Under the pieces are notes generated by a model. It saw only the letters and a list, made by a program, of their open reading frames with translations. It had not been told where the DNA came from and did not search any database. Both the position numbers and the translations under genes were made by a program. From an uncultured Spirochaetota bacterium (GTDB lineage Bacteria > Spirochaetota > UBA4802 > UBA5550), in contig CAWHAA010000004.1 in assembly GCA_963827275.1 (NCBI GenBank), positions 128,001-192,000 on the forward strand: a DNA stretch of 64,000 bases, written 5' to 3'. Position 1 is the first letter of the stretch. The number at the start of each line of letters is the position of its first letter. Of the stretch, positions 60,252 through 64,000 are shown in pieces.

Positions 60252-60539
60252 GTGGCATCAACCGGACCAAATAACAGGAAGAAGCGGGTAGGTGAATTTC
60301 TTGTCGAAAACAGGATCATCACCCAGTCCTTGCTCAATGACGCCCTGGAATTGCAGAAGGACAATCCCGGGCGACTCATCGGCGAGATCCTGGTGACCCT
60401 CGGCGCCCTGTCGAAGGAACAGCTTGTCATGGCCCTTGAGATGTATCTCATGGAGACAGACGTCTCCCCCGCCCACGTGGATGAATGGCTCGATCAGGAC
60501 GAGGTGGACCTGATCATGAAAAAGATGAAGGAAAAGTAA
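60252..60539 (+). CDS. Stand-alone MshEN-like domain protein
   Basis: RVGEFLVENRIITQSLLNDALELQ followed by LIGEILVTLGALSKEQL. GGAGG RBS before the GTG. Confidence 0.78.
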   Translation: MASTGPNNRKKRVGEFLVENRIITQSLLNDALELQKDNPGRLIGEILVTLGALSKEQLVMALEMYLMETDVSPAHVDEWLDQDEVDLIMKKMKEK

Positions 60540-60599
60540 CCCCCATTCGGTTCAATTTAGTTCTTGACAAACGGGCTGTAATATCCAACATATGCCCCC

Positions 60600-61016
60600 A
60601 TGATTGAATTCGAAGATAAAATATGTTTCGGCTGTGGCCCGGACAACGAGAAAGGACTCCAGCTGAAGCTGGAATTTGACGACGATACGAAAACAGCCTT
60701 TGGACAATATACCGCTCACGAGCTTCTGGAAGGGCCGCCCAACATCATACACGCCGGGGTGGTCGCCGCGATTCTCGATGAAACGATGATAACCGTCAAC
60801 AAGTACCTCGAGACAATCGCGCTTACGAGCGAATTGACGGTGCGGTATCTCCAGCCGGCCTACGTCGGCGAAAACCTCTATATACGCGGCTGGTATGTGA
60901 AAAAGAGCAAGCGGGTCATTGAAAACAGGGCCGAGATCGAAAATGAGATGGGCAAGATCGTGGCCAGGGCCAAGGGCAAGTATATAGAGTACGACGAAAT
61001 TCCCCAGCCAGATTAA
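60600..61016 (+). CDS. PaaI family thioesterase
   Basis: CFGCGPDNEKGL, IIHAGVVAAILDE and TVRYLQP. Confidence 0.9.
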   Translation: MIEFEDKICFGCGPDNEKGLQLKLEFDDDTKTAFGQYTAHELLEGPPNIIHAGVVAAILDETMITVNKYLETIALTSELTVRYLQPAYVGENLYIRGWYVKKSKRVIENRAEIENEMGKIVARAKGKYIEYDEIPQPD

Positions 61017-61039
61017 TAATTCCGAAATCGAAACAACAA

Positions 61040-61123
61040 GCCGAAGTGGTGAAACTGGTAGACGCAGCGGACTCAAAATCCGCCGGTGGCAACACCATGA
61101 GGGTTCGATTCCCTCCTTCGGCA
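61040..61123 (+). tRNA. tRNA-Leu (CAA)
   Basis: Acceptor GCCGAAG/CTTCGGC, anticodon loop CTCAAAA, long variable arm GGTG-GCAA-CACC, GGTTCGATTCC. CCA not encoded. Confidence 0.97.
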
Positions 61124-61129
61124 CACGGC

Positions 61130-61151
61130 AGCCCCGTTCACGGGGCTTTTT
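61130..61151 (+). terminator. Intrinsic terminator after tRNA-Leu
   Basis: AGCCCCG-TTCA-CGGGGCT followed by a T-run. Confidence 0.88.
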
Positions 61152-61346
61152 GTTTTATGACGCCGGGGTATAAAAAAAATAAAAGAGAACAGAGCCGATA
61201 GTGAGGAGTGTGTGGGAATCGGTTTTGTTGCGGTGTTTTTTAATATGGGGCAGCTCTGTTCCTTTTATTAATAGGCAAATAGTAGTTGTGATCCGAACCG
61301 TGGGATTACGATTTTCATTATGGCCGTTTCAGCGGGGGTGCGTTAG

Positions 61347-61583
61347 TTACAGCGTCCCCCATTCAATGCCGGAAGCGTCCCTGTTCACGATGGTGCCCCT
61401 GAAGAATGCAAGGATAGAATCAACGGCCGGGCCGGCAGCTCCGGTTCCGGCGCCTCTGGTGCCGCAGCCGGTCGCTTCAGTATTTTTATAAATCCTTTTT
61501 GGTGAAGCCTGATATGGATTTCTTTTTTTAATCCCGGGATTCTTATATAAAGAAAGGCCTGTTCTCTTTGCATATGTATTCAT
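61347..61583 (-). CDS. Possible small hypothetical protein
   Basis: 78-aa ORF with an AAGGGA RBS in an otherwise gene-free AT-rich region. No motif. Confidence 0.35.
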   Translation of the reverse strand: MNTYAKRTGLSLYKNPGIKKRNPYQASPKRIYKNTEATGCGTRGAGTGAAGPAVDSILAFFRGTIVNRDASGIEWGTL

Positions 61584-62033
61584 AGCTTCCCTTTTTGAAA
61601 TTTTATTGAATCGCGCATAAAGAATAACCGCAGAAACGGCAGAAAAAACAGCCGGATTCGGGAATGAGAATATGCCCGCAATCAGGGCACGTTTTTTTTG
61701 CTATTTTGATCATCTGTAGTTTCATATATGCCTCGCTGAATACATTTGTATAGTACATATATGTATAGTATTTTATCAAGCTTTTTTTCTGTTCTTTTTT
61801 ATTTTTTTTATTTTATCGAGTATATTTCATAACAAGAGGACGGCGACGGCATAGAAAAGGGCTGTTTTTACCCATGCGTATAAAAAAATATTGTATTAAT
61901 TGGTCCATCCGCGAATAAGGGTGAAATAGTATGGATGTAACTATATAGAAATTACCGCATCTTACTTTAGGTGGCGGCGTGAGACACTGGAACGGCCGCA
62001 GAATGATGATACTATTTACTATGAGGATATAGC

Positions 62034-63516
62034 ATGACAAAACCGGCATTTGATCCTGAAAAGAGCATCGAGGAGATTCTGAACCTGGAGTCCGAGGAGG
62101 TGCAGCCGCAATCGGAGCCCGTCGGTGAAAAGCCCGGCGTATCCGGCAAGAAATCCTCGGAATTCAATTTTGATATAAAACCTGAAGAGCTTGAAAGCTT
62201 TCTCAACCAGTATGTGGTGGGCCAGGAAGAGACGATAGAGGTCATCGCCACCAAGGTGTGCACCCATTTTAACCGCATGAACCTGGAGAACAAGGTCCCG
62301 CAGAAGGACGGGATCATCGGCGCCATCAAGAGCAACATGCTTCTCATCGGCCCGACGGGGGTCGGCAAGACGTACATCGTCAAGCTCATCGCGAAGAAGA
62401 TCGGCGTCCCCTTTGTAAAGGCGGACGCGACCAAGTTCAGCGAGACCGGCTACGTCGGGGGCGATGTCGAGGACCTGGTGCGCGACCTGGTGCACGAGGC
62501 TGACGGCGACATCAGGAGGGCCGAGTACGGCATCATCTACCTTGACGAGATAGACAAGATCGCGTCGACGGGGCACCATGTACGGGCCGGACGTATCGCG
62601 CGGCGGTGTGCAGCGCAATTTACTGAAGCTCATGGAGGAGGCGGAGGTCGACCTGAAGACGCCGCATGACCTGGCGTCGCAGGTGGAAGCCGCCATGGAG
62701 GCGCAGAGGACCGGCAAGGTGTCGCGGCAGAAGATAAACACCAGGAACATCCTCTTCATCGTTTCGGGCGCCTTCAGCGGGCTCGAGGAGATGATCAACA
62801 AGCGGCTCAACAAGCAGTCGATCGGCTTTGAAAAGACGAAGATGGCCGGCGAGGCGCGCCAGGAGATACTCAAGAAGGTCAAGACCGAGGACCTGATCGA
62901 ATTCGGCTTCGAATCGGAATTCGTGGGGCGCCTCCCCGTCTACGTGGTGCTGAACGAACTGGACGAAGAGGGCCTGTACAAGATATTGAAAAACAAGCAC
63001 AGCACCGTCGTGCTGGGCAAGAAGCTGGACTTCAGGTCCTACGGCATCGACCTGGGCTTCACCGACGAGGCGCTCAGGCTGCTGGCGAAGAAGGCGCACA
63101 GCGAGAAGACCGGGGCGCGGGGCCTCCTGAGCGTGTTCGAGAAGGTGCTGATAAAATTCGAAAAGAGCCTCCCCTCCACGAACATCAAGAAGCTGACGGT
63201 GGACCGGCAGGTGATCGAGAGCCCCGGCGAGGTGCTCAGGGAGCTCCTCATCGAGGAGGGGATCCAGAGCTTTCAGAAGGAATTCCTCGTGGAGCACGGC
63301 ATCTACCTCGATTTCAACAAGGACGCGGTGGAAAAGCTAAAGGAGATGGCGGGGGAAAAGCTGAAGAGCATCAAGCAGCTCTGCAACGACCTTTTCCGCG
63401 ATTATTACCACGGACTGCGGCTGATGAAGCTTGACCACTTCACCGTACCGCGGGAGGCGGTCGATAACCCTGATGAATATCTCAATACCTTCATCAAGGA
63501 AAATTACAGCAAGTAG
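62034..63516 (+). CDS. clpX: ClpX-like AAA+ ATPase lacking the Zn-binding domain (frameshift at ~62570-62573)
   Basis: YVVGQE, KSNMLLIGPTGVGKT, GYVGGDVE, LDEIDKI, then DVSRGGVQRNLLK, SGAF, IGF, EFVGRLP and TGARGL. Confidence 0.88.
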
Positions 63517-63545
63517 GGGAGCGCACTACTGCGCCCCCGGATAAT

Positions 63546-63588
63546 AAAAAGCCCGTCCCTGCTTCCGCGGAGACGGGCCCTGTTTTTC
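63546..63588. terminator. Terminator between the convergent clpX and ferredoxin genes
   Basis: A5-GCCCGTC...GACGGGC stem with a downstream T-run. The better U-tract is on the minus strand. Confidence 0.7.
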
Positions 63589-63602
63589 TATGGTATGCCG
63601 GT

Positions 63603-63773
63603 TTATGCCGGTGAGATCGCGTCAACCGGGCAGACAGCCGCGCACGCGCCGCAGTCTGTGCACTCGTTGGCGTCAATCTTTCTCTTGTCCCCTTTCTCGC
63701 TTATGGCTTCAACGGGGCATTCGGGTTCACAGGCGCCGCAGTTTGTGCATTCATCGCTAATTACATGAGCCAT
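63603..63773 (-). CDS. 2x[4Fe-4S] ferredoxin (56 aa, not in ORF track)
   Basis: MAHVISDECTNCGACEPECPVEAISEKGDKRKIDANECTDCGACAAVCPVDAISPA*; AGGAGG RBS. Confidence 0.96.
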   Translation of the reverse strand: MAHVISDECTNCGACEPECPVEAISEKGDKRKIDANECTDCGACAAVCPVDAISPA

Positions 63774-63958
63774 TGAACAGCCTCCTATATTGTACGTGTG
63801 GATCGTTAGATTAATTGCCCCCTCTCTCCTGTCAATTTTTTTATACCGGGCGAATTTATTTTTTTGCCTTTCGGAAAATTTCAGCGGCGGATTGTATACC
63901 CGATGATTTTTATTGATGTCATGGCGGGCCCTGCCGATTTATTAATGAGAGGACAGAC

Positions 63959-64000
63959 ATGAAGAGAAAGAGCCCCCGCATCACCGCGATAGCTGCCGTA
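63959..64000 (+). CDS. 5' end of a probable secreted protein (partial)
   Basis: GAGGA RBS followed by MKRKSPRITAIAAV running off the window. Confidence 0.5.
   Translation, partial: MKRKSPRITAIAAV

Noticed and set aside
61040..62033. Integrated element at tRNA-Leu
   Set aside because: No integrase and no duplicated tRNA 3' end in the window.

Overview
A GC-rich bacterial chromosome segment with AT-rich intergenic regions. It is probably from an anaerobic, free-living spirochaete related to Leptospirales. This is inferred from the short GlmU, the His-less Pth, the discoidin/fibre-repeat protein and the many lipoproteins. Housekeeping genes include the ispE-tRNA-Gln-glmU-prs-rplY-pth block, guaB, dtd, trxA, tadA, lgt, a ClpX-like ATPase, tRNA-Leu and a ferredoxin. 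These are interleaved with accessory loci: (i) a giant single-chain biotin-dependent acyl-CoA carboxylase running off the left edge; (ii) a membrane pyrophosphatase with the Na+,H+ signature, divergent from a Na+/H+ antiporter and a USP gene; (iii) an operon of an MIO ammonia-lyase, a DAK2-DegV fusion, a GT2 and an acyltransferase, resembling aryl-polyene tailoring genes without a PKS; (iv) a three-gene cassette of a lamin-tail/CTD protein, a beta-barrel-HhH fusion and a large beta-barrel, which looks like a T9SS-related surface DNA-capture module; (v) a 1119-aa discoidin plus 16x32-aa phage-fibre-repeat protein; (vi) a family of REP-like palindromes bracketing a DUF559 endonuclease remnant. 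Four genes carry +1 frameshifts and one carries an in-frame TAA, most simply explained as assembly errors. No CRISPR array, rRNA, integrase or intact transposase was seen. All family assignments come from motif recognition by eye; no searches were run.
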